Shown here: in pieces, positions 39,325 to 50,766 of the stretch
Layout: every line of letters starts with the position of its first letter
Position numbering within the stretch: position 1 is the stretch's first letter
Source: Terriglobia bacterium
GTDB taxonomy: Bacteria > Acidobacteriota > Terriglobia > JAJPHL01 > JAPKYU01
Reading direction: 5' to 3'
NCBI GenBank assembly: GCA_965206645.1
Contig: CBDBKE010000003.1
Location: forward strand, 1 to 64,000
DNA length: 64,000 nt
Program-made: the position numbers and the translations under genes
Notes under the pieces: model-generated
What the model was told of the DNA's origin: nothing
The model's database searches: none
What the model saw: the letters and a program-made list of their open reading frames with translations, nothing else

Positions 39325-42231
39325 GTGACTGCGGCTAGGAAGAAAAACATGCTACTCGGAAAGCTTGACGAATCCGCCGGCAGGGTGAGTTCCATGGTGT
39401 CTCTGGTGTTGCGCCGCTCAGGGATTTTCTTTCTCCTGGCATTTTCTCTGCTGGCGCAGTCAGCCTGGGGCCAACGGATCGGGCCGCTGGTTCTGGACAA
39501 CCAACAGCGGTCGAAGGCGTCGCCGGCCGAGCGCGCGGTGGCGGTCGGGCCGCCCAGCCTGCGACTGAGCCTTCCGCCGCCAGCCGCGATTGCTCTACCG
39601 CCGTTGGGTCCCGACGATTTGCAGCGTTTGCAACCGCAGGAGGGCCAACCTCCCGTCATCGGCGTTCACCGTCGGTTGCCGCCGGGAGCGGTCACGCGGA
39701 GCTTCTCCGGGGGGGCCGTCAAGACGACCGCCGAGCGAGCGTGGCAATCAACCGCAGTCGGACGCCTTTGGCGTCTGAAGACAACCTCCCCCGGCGCTCG
39801 CGCGATGCGCATTCACTTTCGGGACTTCGCCATCGGGGCGGGCAGCCTCTGGCTCTACTCGGCGAGCGGGCAGGTCGTCGGGCCCTATACCGGCTCGGGT
39901 CTGTACGGGGACGGAGACTTCTGGAGCGGCATCGTTTTCGGTGACAGCCTGACGATCGAGTATATGCCCGATGGGGCGTCGGCGAAAGAAGCCGTGCCGT
40001 TCCAAATTGTGGCGATCAGCCATATCTGGGACGATGCTTTTGGGGGCGGCGTGGGGGGGGGCGTCCGATGGCCGCAGGGCGCGTTGGGAAGCTCAGACAG
40101 GCGAGGATCGCTAAAGCCGCTGCCCGACCGGATCGACGTTGCGGTGGGAACGCAGTTGAAGAAGTCGCGGCTGACAAAGTCGCGGCTGACAAAGGCAATA
40201 CAGTCGGTCGAGCGGTCCTCCTCCCTGCAACAGCCGCGCCCGAAAGCGGCAAGACAACTCACGCCCGGACAACCCGTCAGCTTCCGCCGGGGGCCGGCTG
40301 ACGCGCCGACGCTCTTCAACGGGGATAACTCGTTCCGGCTGGAGGTTCCCGAGAACGCCTCCCGCGTAACCTTCACGCTGGAATCTGATGTCGACGTGGC
40401 TCTGCTTGTCCGCTATGGCGAGGACAACGACGTTCAGGATGGGAGGCCTGTCTTTGACTACGCCGCTGACGAGTTCTTTGCGGGCACCGAGGAGATTGTC
40501 ATTACCTCCCCATCCGATCCGCCGCTCCGATCTGGAACTTACTTCGTCTCGGTATTAGTCTTTGATACGGGCGTCGTCGCCAACTGCACGCTCACGGCGG
40601 AAGTGGAACTCGACGGAGAAGCTCCGCCGCCGATGCCCGGCGGCCGCCCGCTCACGCCCGGACAACCCGTCAGCTTCCGCCGGGGCCCGGTTGACACCCC
40701 GACGCTCTTCCATGGGGATAACTCGTTCCGGCTGGAGGTTCCTGAGAACGCCTCCGGCGTAACCTTCACGCTGGAATCCGATGTCGACGTGTCTCTGCTT
40801 GTCCGCTATGGCGAGGACAACGCCTTGCAGGATGGGAGGGTTGTCACGAACTACAGCTCCAGAAACCCCACGGGCAACGAAGAGATTGTCATTACCCCCC
40901 AATCCGATCCGCCGCTCCGATCCGGAACTTACTTCGTCTCGGTAGGAGTCTTTGCTACGGGCGTCGTCGCCAACTGCACGCTCACGGCGGAAGTGGAACT
41001 TGACGAAGAGGATCAGACACCGATAAGCGGCGGCACGCTCACGCCCGGACAGCCCGCCGACTTCCGCCTGGGACCGGTCGACTCCCCGACGCTCTTCACC
41101 GGAGATCACTCGTTCCGGCTGGAGGCTCCCGAGAACGCCGCCCGCGTAATCTTCACGCTGGAATCCGTCGATCCCGATGTTGATTTGGCTTTGTTTGTCC
41201 GCTATGGCGAGGACAACGCCTTTCAGGATGGGAGGCCTGTCTTTGACCACGGCTCCAAGAACCCCACTGGCAATGAACGGATCGGCATCACCCGACGCTC
41301 CGACCCGCTGCTGCGAGCCGGAACCTACTTCGTCTCGGTATTAGTCTTTGATACGGGCGTCGTCGCCGAGGGCACGCTCACAGCGACAGTGGAGACGGAC
41401 ACCGTGGACTGTCACCTTGACGTGACCTGCTACCCAGAATGGTCGAGTTCCGCAACGGGCGTCGCGCAAATTCTCTATGAGACAAGCGAGGGCAGTTTCG
41501 TCTGTTCGGGCACATTGCTGAATAACCGCCAGCAGGACTTCATTCCCTACTTTCTCACCGCCGCCCACTGCGTGCATACCGAGGAGGAAGCGCGGAGCGT
41601 GACAGCGTTCTGGTTATACCAGACACAAACCTGTAACGGAGAACTGCCGGACTTTCAGAGCGTGCCGCATACCGAGGGAGCGCGCCTGCTCTCGACCTTG
41701 GGCGGCGGCACCATCGAAGGAAGAGCGTCCCCCGACGGCGATATGACGCTGCTGCGGCTCGAAGGTGGTTTACCGGACGGTGTGATGTTCCAAGGCTGGG
41801 ACGTGGAACCTCAACCTATCGGCGCGCAGGTCACCGGCATTCATCATCCCGGGAGCGATTGGGGCTTCTTTAAGCGGATTTCCTTCGGTCAGATCATTCC
41901 CGACCCAGCATCTAGAATTTCCGTCGATGTCTACGCCTTCGTCTCCAATACGCAAGGCTACACGGAGGGAGGCTCTTCCGGGTCCGCCCTCTTTAGCAGT
42001 CCCGGAACCGTGGTTGGGGCGGCTAGTTTTATCCGTGGCGGAAGAGCAGAAGCAGAAAACGCCTGCCGGACCGGCAGCGCTCGTCATGGCGGCTACACGC
42101 ACTTGTCGCTTTTCTATCCCCATATCCGGCAGTTCATTGACAGCAGCGACGGCGCGCGAGCGCCGCTGTTGGAAGAAATACGAGGTCTCCTTCCACTAGT
42201 CTCTCGTCCGACAAAAGAGTTGACGTACTAA
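39325..42231 (+). CDS. Lysyl-endopeptidase-like S1 serine protease with three PPC-like repeats
   Basis: TAAHC, DMTLLRL and GGSSGSAL triad, GIHHP, propeptide SPGARAMRIHF. The true start may be at 39394. Confidence 0.85.
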   Translation: MTAARKKNMLLGKLDESAGRVSSMVSLVLRRSGIFFLLAFSLLAQSAWGQRIGPLVLDNQQRSKASPAERAVAVGPPSLRLSLPPPAAIALPPLGPDDLQRLQPQEGQPPVIGVHRRLPPGAVTRSFSGGAVKTTAERAWQSTAVGRLWRLKTTSPGARAMRIHFRDFAIGAGSLWLYSASGQVVGPYTGSGLYGDGDFWSGIVFGDSLTIEYMPDGASAKEAVPFQIVAISHIWDDAFGGGVGGGVRWPQGALGSSDRRGSLKPLPDRIDVAVGTQLKKSRLTKSRLTKAIQSVERSSSLQQPRPKAARQLTPGQPVSFRRGPADAPTLFNGDNSFRLEVPENASRVTFTLESDVDVALLVRYGEDNDVQDGRPVFDYAADEFFAGTEEIVITSPSDPPLRSGTYFVSVLVFDTGVVANCTLTAEVELDGEAPPPMPGGRPLTPGQPVSFRRGPVDTPTLFHGDNSFRLEVPENASGVTFTLESDVDVSLLVRYGEDNALQDGRVVTNYSSRNPTGNEEIVITPQSDPPLRSGTYFVSVGVFATGVVANCTLTAEVELDEEDQTPISGGTLTPGQPADFRLGPVDSPTLFTGDHSFRLEAPENAARVIFTLESVDPDVDLALFVRYGEDNAFQDGRPVFDHGSKNPTGNERIGITRRSDPLLRAGTYFVSVLVFDTGVVAEGTLTATVETDTVDCHLDVTCYPEWSSSATGVAQILYETSEGSFVCSGTLLNNRQQDFIPYFLTAAHCVHTEEEARSVTAFWLYQTQTCNGELPDFQSVPHTEGARLLSTLGGGTIEGRASPDGDMTLLRLEGGLPDGVMFQGWDVEPQPIGAQVTGIHHPGSDWGFFKRISFGQIIPDPASRISVDVYAFVSNTQGYTEGGSSGSALFSSPGTVVGAASFIRGGRAEAENACRTGSARHGGYTHLSLFYPHIRQFIDSSDGARAPLLEEIRGLLPLVSRPTKELTY
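40258..41395 (+). repeat. Three intragenic ~390-bp repeats (PPC-like domains)
   Basis: Units start at 40258, 40651 and 41038 (LTPGQP...SFRLEVPENA...DPPLRSGTYFVSV). Confidence 0.9.
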
Positions 42232-42432
42232 ACCCGGATTTCCACTTTAGTTTCGGTTCTGCTAACCATCGGGTGGCCTCGGACGCCTTTATTAATGCGG
42301 GTTTGAAAGCACTCAAGGCACTGAGGAGATCAACACTCAATGGGTGAAAAAGAAAACAAATGAAGAATCAATCGTGTGTTCGACCGCGGCAAGAACAAGA
42401 ACGACTCCCGAGAGCAAGGCAATGCGTAGCGC

Positions 42433-43236
42433 GGTACTGTCAAGTTAGCGTTCGTCGAGCGAGCCGGTACTCGGGATCGTGATCTCAGTTCGAGTCAGGC
42501 GGCGATCGTGACTGCATCCCAAATGAGAAAAGAGCGTCCTCGTAGCTCCCGATGATGCACCGCTCGCACCAGGTGACGGCCAACGCGGAAGAGGTTGCGG
42601 ACGAGTCCATGCACGGACAAGAATCGTTGTGCCTGCCCGGGAGATTTGAACCGGCGCATTTGTCGCTCGCGTTGCCGTGTGGGCTGGTGGGAGACTTCGG
42701 CGCGATTGTTCTCGTATCGGTCCGTGCGATGGGCGACGGACGGCATGACCGCTCGGTGCGCAGCCCTGTAGCTGCTCAGCTTGTCGGTGACCAACCGCCC
42801 AGGCGTACGCTCCTGGCCCTTCAACAGCTTGCGGAAAAAGCGTGTAGCCGCCCGACAGTCGCGACGCGACTGGACGAGGATATCGATGACGTCACCATCT
42901 TGATCGACGGCACGCCAGAGATAGCGCCGCTGTCCCTGGATGGTGACGAAGACCTCGTCCAGGTGCCAGATGTCGCCCAGCCGGCCCTGTCGACGATTGA
43001 GCCGGCGAGCGTATACTGAACCGATCGTGAGGCACCACAGCCGGATCGCTTCGTAGGACACCGTAATGCCGCGTTGGGCCAGGAGATCTTCGACATCGCG
43101 AAAGCTCACACCGAAGCGGTGATACAGCCAGACGGCGTGGCTGATAATGTCGGGTGGGAATCGATATCCATGGTAGCTCAGCGTGTCGCGTTTCATCGGC
43201 CAAGTCTGCCACGCTCCCACTGAACTTGACAGTACC
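42433..43236 (-). mobile_element. IS6-family insertion sequence
   Basis: 14-bp perfect TIRs GGTACTGTCAAGTT, 804 bp, no TSD. Confidence 0.95.
42495..43196 (-). CDS. IS6 transposase
   Basis: YHGYRFPP, WHLDEVFV, LWRAVD, VTDKL, NNRAEVSHQP. Confidence 0.95.
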   Translation of the reverse strand: MKRDTLSYHGYRFPPDIISHAVWLYHRFGVSFRDVEDLLAQRGITVSYEAIRLWCLTIGSVYARRLNRRQGRLGDIWHLDEVFVTIQGQRRYLWRAVDQDGDVIDILVQSRRDCRAATRFFRKLLKGQERTPGRLVTDKLSSYRAAHRAVMPSVAHRTDRYENNRAEVSHQPTRQRERQMRRFKSPGQAQRFLSVHGLVRNLFRVGRHLVRAVHHRELRGRSFLIWDAVTIAA

Positions 43237-43870
43237 TGGCAGCGAGTTCGTCGTCGAGTGGAAAGTAGGTGTCCTCCGCCGACCACTCGGCGAAGTGCTC
43301 ATAGGCGCGCTGTTCGTCGATGCCGCACGAAACCAGGTGGGCGGCCCATAGACGGTAGGACCGCGCGCGCGCCACCGGGTGTGCGCTGATGATCACGTCG
43401 GCGTTCACGAATACGCCGCCGGGGCGGAGCGCCCGGTAAATGCGTTCATATAGAGTGAGTTTGCGTTCCATGGTGGGGACGTGGTGCAGGGCCAGGGAAG
43501 TGGCCACGGCATCACATTCGGGGAGCAGAGCATCGAACGAACGGCGGCGGCAACGCGCGCGGGTTCCAAATCGCTTGAGCCGGATGCGCGCCTGGGCCAG
43601 CATCTCCGGATCTATGTCCACAGCTTCAACGGAACCGACGCATTCATGTTCCAGCACCGCTTCGGCCAAGGCACCCGTTCCCGCGCCGAGGTCAAGCACC
43701 AGGGTTGGGTGGGCACCGGCGATTTCGTTTGCGGCCCTGGTCAATCCTTCTTCGTAGCCTGGGATGAACTTGCGGATGGTATCGTCGTAGGCATCAATCT
43801 CAAGGCGAAGATGACTGCGGACGGAGTGGCTCATAATTTGATCGTAGGCCGATGGTTCATAAACGCTCAC
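43237..43870 (-). pseudogene. Class I SAM-dependent methyltransferase, C-terminally truncated by IS6
   Basis: VLDLGAGTG, SLALHH, LRPGGVFVNAD. The frame runs into the IS6 end. Confidence 0.85.
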
Positions 43871-44132
43871 GTGCAGAACTTCTTTGCATCATCAAGTGGC
43901 ACTGGTGCATGAATCGGCATAAGCAAGCACGCTGGAAACGCTTGTGAAACTGCAGGTTGGCTTATTCCAGGCTTGTTCTGGCTTAACCAAACGCAGACTG
44001 AGCCGCCCGCAATTCATATTCAGCGTAATGTAAAGCAGGCTCTGTTCAACCATCAAGACGTGTCAGGCTCACTTGTGAAGGTTCGGAGAGCGGCGGGTAC
44101 CGGCCCCGCCGCTCTCCGATGCCTGCCGCACA

Positions 44133-44381
44133 CTAGGACTCCGCCTCCGGCTGTTCTTCCTGCTGAAGCTCGAAGATGCGCGAGCGGGCCTGATCGGCCA
44201 CTTTCGCCAGCACCAACAGGTCGTTGCGACCGAAGCTCTGCGTCCTCCTCCATGCATCGCCGTCCTTGTAGAGACGGGAGAAGGTGACATTGTGCCTCGT
44301 TCGGCCTCCGGTTTCGTTCGACCAAACGGTAGCCTTGACGCGACCGATACGGACTTCAGCAACGGGTTTGGAGTTAGCCAT
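44133..44381 (-). CDS. Conserved 82-aa protein, copy C
   Basis: MANSKPVAEVRIGRVKATVW...SRLYKDGDAW, same length, frame intact. Confidence 0.7.
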   Translation of the reverse strand: MANSKPVAEVRIGRVKATVWSNETGGRTRHNVTFSRLYKDGDAWRRTQSFGRNDLLVLAKVADQARSRIFELQQEEQPEAES

Positions 44382-44544
44382 GATCTGTTTCCTCCTGTGA
44401 AGTTAAGGGTTTGTGAGCGTTTCCGCTCACCCCCGAATGGCGGAAACGGCCAAACCCTGACACGGGAGGAACAGCGCCACCGAAGCCGGTGACGGGCAGA
44501 GCCGACAAGGGCAACGGCGAGTGCCAGACGCCGGAAGGCGAGGG

Positions 44545-45824
44545 TGACCTGCCTGGCGATTTCCGGACCAGCTGAAGCCTGAGAGAATGGCGCCCTCGGA
44601 GAAACGAGGGAGCCATGAAGAAGACCCGGTTTACCGAAGAGCAGATGGTGACGATCCTCCGCGAGGCCGATCAGCGGCCCGTTCCGGAGGTGGCCAAAAA
44701 GAACGGCGTCAGCGCCCAGACGCTCTACGCCTGGCGGAAACACTTCGGCACGTTGGAGCCCGCCGATGTGAAGCGGCTGCGGCAGCTCGAGCAGGAGAAC
44801 GGCCGGCTGAAAAAGATGGTGGCCGATCGAGATCTGGAGATCGACGTGCTCAAGGAGATCACCCGAAAAAAATGGTAGGCGCACGCGTGCGCCGGCCGCA
44901 GGTCGCGTATGCACGTGCACGCGGTCTGTCGGGTCGCCGCGCGTGCGCCTTGCTCTCCGTCGCACGGTCCACGCTGGGCTACCAGTCGCGGCTGGTCGAC
45001 CGGGATGCCCCGGCGCTGGCCGCGATGCGTCGTCTGGCGGCGCAGTATCCGCGGTACGGCTATCGCCGGATTCGGATTTTCCTAAAACGCGAAGGGCACA
45101 CGATGAGCACGGACCGGACCCATCGCCTCTGGCGCCAGGCGGGGTTGCAGGTGCCTCGGCGGCGGCCGCGGCGCCGGGTCGCCCTGAGCCGGCCCCGCCC
45201 GGTGCCCGCCACTGCGGTCAATCACGTCTGGGCGTACGACTTCGTGTTCGACACCTGCGCGAATGGGCAGACGCTCAAGTGCCTCACCGTCGTCGACGAA
45301 TGGACCCGCGAGTCACTCGCGATCGACGTGGCCGGCGGCATTCGGTCCGGGCGCGTTATCGAGGTGCTCACGCAGCTCGTGAGCGTCCACGGAGCCCCAC
45401 GTTACCTCCGGTCCGACAACGGCCCCGAGTTTGTTGCGGGTGCGATTCTCCGGTGGCTGCTCCAGGCGCAGATCGAAACCGCGCTCATCGAGCCGGGGAA
45501 GCCGTGGCAGAATGCGACCGACGAATCGTTCAACGGGAAGTTCCGCGACGAGTATCTGAGCCTGCAGTGGTTTCGGAACCGCGTGGACGCGAAGGTGGGG
45601 ATCGAGCAATGGCGACGGCACTACAACGACGTGCGACCGCACTCGAGCCTTGGCTATCTGACGCCAGCCGAGTTCAAAGCGCAGCTCCGTGCTGGCTCGG
45701 ATGACGGTGGGCGCTCGCCGGCGATGCCGGCTCACGCTGACCAAGAAGAACACGAGAGCGACTTAACCATGCCGACTGGCGCTGTTCTCCAGTAATCGGT
45801 GGTCCGAAGAAAGCCGGCAGGTCA
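44545..45824 (+). mobile_element. Complete IS3-family element (orfA 44615..44878, orfB to 45795)
   Basis: TGACCTGCC...GGCAGGTCA ends, 4-bp TSD AGGG, A7 frameshift site, WAYDF / SDNGPEF / ESFNGKFRDE. Confidence 0.95.
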
Positions 45825-46110
45825 AGGGGACCCGTTCTGGCGCAAGCCGTGCGTCGGAACCAACCGGAACCGGTGAAGGCCAGCGGCAAATGGCGCAACC
45901 CCATACCCGGCTTCCGGTCGGAGGCGGCGAGCCCGATTGGGGAATTGCAACCGGGACGGGGTACCTGGAACCGGACGCGCCATGCTCCGGCGAATGGAAC
46001 GCAGAGCGATGGGAATGGCAGGATAGATTCTTGCCAAACTGAACGGTGTTGGCCCACAAGCTTCATTTCAGCAGGAAGCCTCGCCAGGATAACACGCGCA
46101 TCAGCGAGGG

Positions 46111-48720
46111 TGTCCATTGCGAATTGATATGTTGAGCGATTCTACCCGTGACCGCTGCCCCAGTGAGGCGAGTGCACACTGGCGGAGTACCCTCGGTAGC
46201 AGCGAAACAATCAGATCAGACAACCGCTCCGCGTTGACAAGCTAAAACAGCGAATGGTTTCGTAGGAAGTGCCCGCCTGCCGATGTCCGCCGGTTACCAC
46301 AGGGAGCACCAGTCTTTGGAGAATCAGGCAGTCATTGGGGTGTGATAGAGGCCTCTGCAGTGGCGTTGCCATCCATAGGAATGGAGCCTGGCGACTGGTC
46401 GTGGTATAGGCGTGACTGGATCAGGCGTTCTCCCTTCCAGTCCAGTGTGCGAGCGATACGCATTGAAATATGTCCTGAAATCGAGCAGCTTGTTCTCCAG
46501 GTCCGCCGTCGTCCAGAACAACCTGCGATCCAAATACTCGCGTCGAATCGTGCCGATCAACCGTTCCACAAAGGGATGGGACAGGGGAACATAGGGGACG
46601 GTTTTGATTTCGATTACCTCCAGGATCCGCAGATTGGCTTGCCACTGCCCAAACCGATACAGGGGATCATGGTCGGAGCTGAGGTAGTTGAGCATACAGG
46701 GTTGCCATCGAATGGCGCGGTTGAACATGCGGCAAAGTGCCACGCCATTGACGGTTCCGGCGTGGACGCCGAACCCAATGATCCGGCGGGTGTATTGATC
46801 CATGACGACCAAGTGACCTGACCGGCACTTTTTGTACCAAGTGGAAAGAGAGAGAATCCACTTGAGGAGGAAGTGAGGTCATGCCGACAAGGAGTTACAA
46901 GCCGGAGCAGATTGTAGCGGTGCTACGGCAGATAGAAGTGCAGATGGGGAACGGGAAGACTGCGCCCCAAGCCTGCAAAGAAGCTGGAATCCACACCCAA
47001 ACCTACTACCGGTGGCGGAAGGAATACGGCGGGCTGAAGGTGGTGCAGGCAAAACGGCTGAAGGAGTTGGAGAAGGAAAACACGCGGCTGAAGCGGTTGG
47101 TAGCGGAGCTTTCTCTGGAGAAGCAGGTGCTGCGGGATGTGGCACAGGGAAACTTCTGAGCCCTGAGCGGCGGCGTTGTGCGGTGGAGCGTGCGTGGGAG
47201 CAACACGGGTTGTCGGAACGGCATGCCTGCCGGCTGCTGGGGCAATGGCGAGGGACACAACGATACGAGCCGATTCATCGGGTGGACGAGGATGCTCTGA
47301 CCCGAGCGATCATTGCCCTGGGAGCGAAGTACGGGCGATATGGCTACCGGAGGATCACAGCGTTGCTGCGGAGTGCGGGCTGGGAAGTGGGCAAGGACCG
47401 GGTGCAGCGGATTTGGCGGCGGGAAGGGCTGAAAGTGCCGCAAAAACAAAGGCCGCGAGGACGGCTGTGGCTGAACGACGGTTCCTGTGTACGACTGAGG
47501 CCGGAGCGACCGAACCACGTGTGGAGCTACGACTTCATGAGTGCCAGAACGCACGAGGGGAGAACGCTGCGGCTGCTGACCTTGCTGGATGAGTACACGC
47601 GGGAATGCCTGGCGATCCGGGTGGAGCGGAGAATGGGCAGCCAACAAATCATTGAGGCGTTGTCGGACGTGATGTTGTGGCGAGGGATACCGGAACAGAT
47701 TCGATCCGACAATGGTCCCGAGTTCATCGCCAAACAACTGCGCCAGTGGTTGGCAAATCTAGGGACCGGGACACTGTACATCGAACCGGGCAGTCCCTGG
47801 GAGAACGGGTACTGCGAGAGTTTCAATGGGAAGCTGCGGGACGAATGCCTGAATGGAGAGATCTTCTACTCGTTGAAGGAGGCACAGGTGGTGATTGAAC
47901 AGTGGAGGGTGCAATACAACACGGTGCGGCCGCACTCGGCGCTCGGCTATAGGCCCCCGGCGCCGGGGGCCTATAGCCCTCCCCTGCCACTGAAACCAGT
48001 TTCACAGCCCCAGGCTGCGATGTAAACTCTCACTACGGTTGGTACAAAAAATCGGTCTGGTCAGTCCGCAACGTGGCCGATTCGCACCGGAACAGATCTA
48101 TACTCCAGAGGCTGTCCTTCATGTGGCCAATGAGGGTCAGCCAGGATGGACCACCGGAGTCCTTTTTCGGCCGATAGTGGCTGGCGAGAATCCTTCGAAC
48201 AACGTCTTTGTCGATGAGGATGTCGAAAGCCAAGGCAATCTGCTGAGCGATTCGCGGGCAGCCCCAGGCGGGATTGCGCTGCTTCATCTGGACAACAGCG
48301 TCGATGAGTTCTTTGTTGGGTCCGTTTGGTCCGGGCTTACGCCGGTGCTTGGATGAAAAGAGCAGGCAATATTTTCGGTTCCTCAGAGCCCGGTGGAGGC
48401 CCAAAAGAGTCGAAGGCTTCAGCACGATTGCTGAGCGGATCAGGCGGGCGGGGCGGATGAGGAGAGCACACAGGCCGGCGGCGAGGCGATCTGAAGTGCG
48501 TAGATTGGGAGATCGCTGTCGCGAACGATTGAGGATCAGGAGTTGTTGCTTGACAAGAACGGACTCGGCGATCACAGAGCGAATGCCACCCGGACCCAAG
48601 AGCCGGGCAAGAGTAGCCATGACATGGACAACAAGGATAACGAGATTGCGCATCTCAGCATCTTAGCAAGAACCGCTAAACCCAGGAATTAGGCCGTAAA
48701 CTAGCAATTCGCCAGGGACA
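46111..48720 (-). mobile_element. rve/integrase-core (IS481-like) element interrupted by IS3
   Basis: Imperfect TIRs TGTCCATTGCGAATTG (46111) and CAATTCGCCAGGGACA (48720). The transposase is split into 48064..48653 and 46324..46813 (IDLFRCES...VVMDQ, SDHD, VERLIGTIRRE). Confidence 0.75.
46814..48063 (+). mobile_element. Complete IS3-family element (orfA 46881..47159, orfB to 48025)
   Basis: TGACCTGACCG...CGGTCTGGTCA ends, 1250 bp, GGGAAAC slippery site, DDE motifs. Confidence 0.95.
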
Positions 48721-48769
48721 TCTTGAGTTCTCCAAGCGCGCGCTCTGTTAGCAGCGCCGCCGCAACGTG

Positions 48770-49039
48770 TCATGCAGCCGATTTCTCCTGGCGCAAACGC
48801 TCTTGTGCCAGTTCGTAATGCGCCTGGCGCCGTACCCAGAAAGCAGCGTTGCTCCAGCCGATGCGCTCCAACGCCAGCGCCATAGCTGGCGATATGCCGC
48901 CGCGCCCGTTCAGCACCCGTGAGAATGTTTGCCGGGTACAGCCCAGTTTCGCGGACGCCTCGGTCACGGTCCATCTCTCCGCGGCCATCGCGTCCCGGAG
49001 GCTCTCGCCTGGGTGCGCTGGATCGTACATCATCGTCAT
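48770..49039 (-). CDS. higA: HigA antitoxin
   Basis: PAHPGESL...VTEASAKLGCTRQTFSRVLNG...SPAMALAL. Confidence 0.88.
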   Translation of the reverse strand: MTMMYDPAHPGESLRDAMAAERWTVTEASAKLGCTRQTFSRVLNGRGGISPAMALALERIGWSNAAFWVRRQAHYELAQERLRQEKSAA

Positions 49040-49049
49040 TGTTCGCCTC

Positions 49050-49326
49050 CTAGTGGTAATCAATCAGGCCCACGTCCACTGCCACGCCGTCCACGAAGCG
49101 GAAGACGATGCGCCAGTTCCCGGATACGCGTACGCTCCATTGGTCGCGCCGGTTGCCAGTCAGCGGGTGCAGCCGATAGCCGGGAATGTCCATGTCCCCC
49201 GACCGTAGCGCAGCGTCCAGGTCCGACAAGATGCGCCGAATACGCGGGGCCAGTGCCGCAGGGATTCGGCGTGCGTCACCCCGCTCGAAGAATGCCCGCA
49301 GTCCCTTGTGCTTGATGACTATAACG
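49050..49326 (-). pseudogene. higB: HigB toxin, frameshifted in a C-run near 49262
   Basis: IKHKGLRAFFERGDARRIP, shift, AALAPRIRRIL...PGYRLHPLTGNRRDQWSVRVSGNWRIVF...IDYH*. Confidence 0.82.
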
Positions 49327-49389
49327 AGTTATCGTAACATGGAATATGTCATATTGCAATCTGTCGGAATAGACGATAGTCGGCGACCA

Positions 49390-50318
49390 ATGATCGAGCA
49401 CTTGGAGGCCGGGAGCGAAAGCTGGAAACGCTCGGCTGGACGGGCCGGGAAGCGGAGTGGATCGCGCTTGTCTGTCTCCATAGCGGGGTTTTTATCCGGC
49501 CTCAATTTTGTCACTACTTCAACACGGATCGAAAACAGGCTCTCCGGGTTGTCAGGGCATTGGTGGCGCGGCGGGCTGGCATCGAAGGGGATTCAATGAT
49601 GTTTCCCGGTGGCGCTCGATTGTGCCGGATTTCGAACATGGCGATCTGCCGGGCGCTCGGTGTCGAGAATATCCGGCATCGGCGGAAGGCCCGGAACTCT
49701 GTTCTGATGCGCCGGCTCCTGTCGCTTGATTTTGTCCTGGAACATCCAGGGTTGAACTGGCTTCCCACCGAACCGGAGAAGGTCGAGTTTTTTGAAGGGC
49801 TCGGCATTTCTTCCCGCTTGGTTCCCCGCCGGATTTACTACGGAGACGATGGCGCGAAGAACCGCTACTTTACGCTCAAGCTCCCCATCGCGGGGGGCGC
49901 TGAAACTGTCACCTTTGCCTATGTCGATCCAGGCCGGGAGAGCACCGGTGAACTCAACACATGGGGAGCCGCGCATGTTCCGCTTTGGGATGCGATCCGC
50001 GCCAAGGGACGACAGGTCCGAGTGGTTGCCATTGCCGCCGAACATGAACCCATTGAGCGGGCGGATCGGGTGCTAAGGGCATGGGCGGCGGCACCGGAGA
50101 AGGATGGAACCGGCATGTCGGTGAAGCAGGAGATCGCGGCGATCAAAGATGGGATGCTGCGGGGCGATCACGAATTTTTGGAGCAGCGGGGAGGGTGGCA
50201 CCCGGCCAGGGAGCGGTGGTTCGAGCTTGAAAAACTCCCGGAGGCTAACCTGGCGGAAGGGGTTAAGATTGACGAGTGTTCGACGTACCGGGCAACCCGG
50301 TTTGCGGTCCCGGTATGA
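49390..50318 (+). pseudogene. Paralogue of the 13987-14934 T4SS-linked protein, frameshifted near codon 6
   Basis: MIEHL, shift, RERKLETLGWTGREAEWIALVCLHSGVF...RALGVENIRHRR...RRLLSLDFVLEHP...LKLP...TFAYVDPG. Confidence 0.8.
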
Positions 50319-50319
50319 G

Positions 50320-50750
50320 GGGCCATATATATCAAATGCTATATAAATCAATACTCCGCGAGAAGGTGCGCCCGGAGAGGCTAAATCGAGGGGTTTTTCT
50401 TGCCACAAGTGACCGCTTATTTTTTGTTACAGGGACAAAGGGGGGGGTGTGACAAGATTCGGGACGAAGGTGTGACAAAGCCCTATTCCCATATCTCTCT
50501 CAGTCTGTTGTGGTTATACCATACTCATCGACCCCCGCTGTGCCGAGCAAGGAAAAAAAAGGGGGACGATAGCGACCCCCCTCAAAAGTAGGGGGTCATG
50601 CGGCCCCGCGTAGGCGTGCAATGTGGCACGCCTTCCCGGGGCTCCCAGGGGGTCGCTATCGTCCTCATTGATCCCTGCGGGAAGGCTCGGAGCAGCCCCC
50701 CCGGCGGGGGCGATGAAAGAAGGGAAACGGACTCTATGAAATGGCGGTTG
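50320..50750. other. Second copy (inverted) of the oriT-like IR spacer, ending in the first codons of virD4
   Basis: 17-bp IR GGACGATAGCGACCCCC at 50564-50580 and 50648-50664. ATTGATCCCTGCGGGAAGGCTCGGA block and ATGAAATGGCGG (MKWR) match 13614-13700. Confidence 0.7.
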
Positions 50751-50766
50751 CGCCAGTGGGCAAGAA

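Larger units (their letters stand above)
44085..46110. repeat. Dispersed module copy C, interrupted by IS3
   Basis: 44085-44544 and 45825-46110 join to give a more diverged copy of 3107-3880. Confidence 0.88.
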
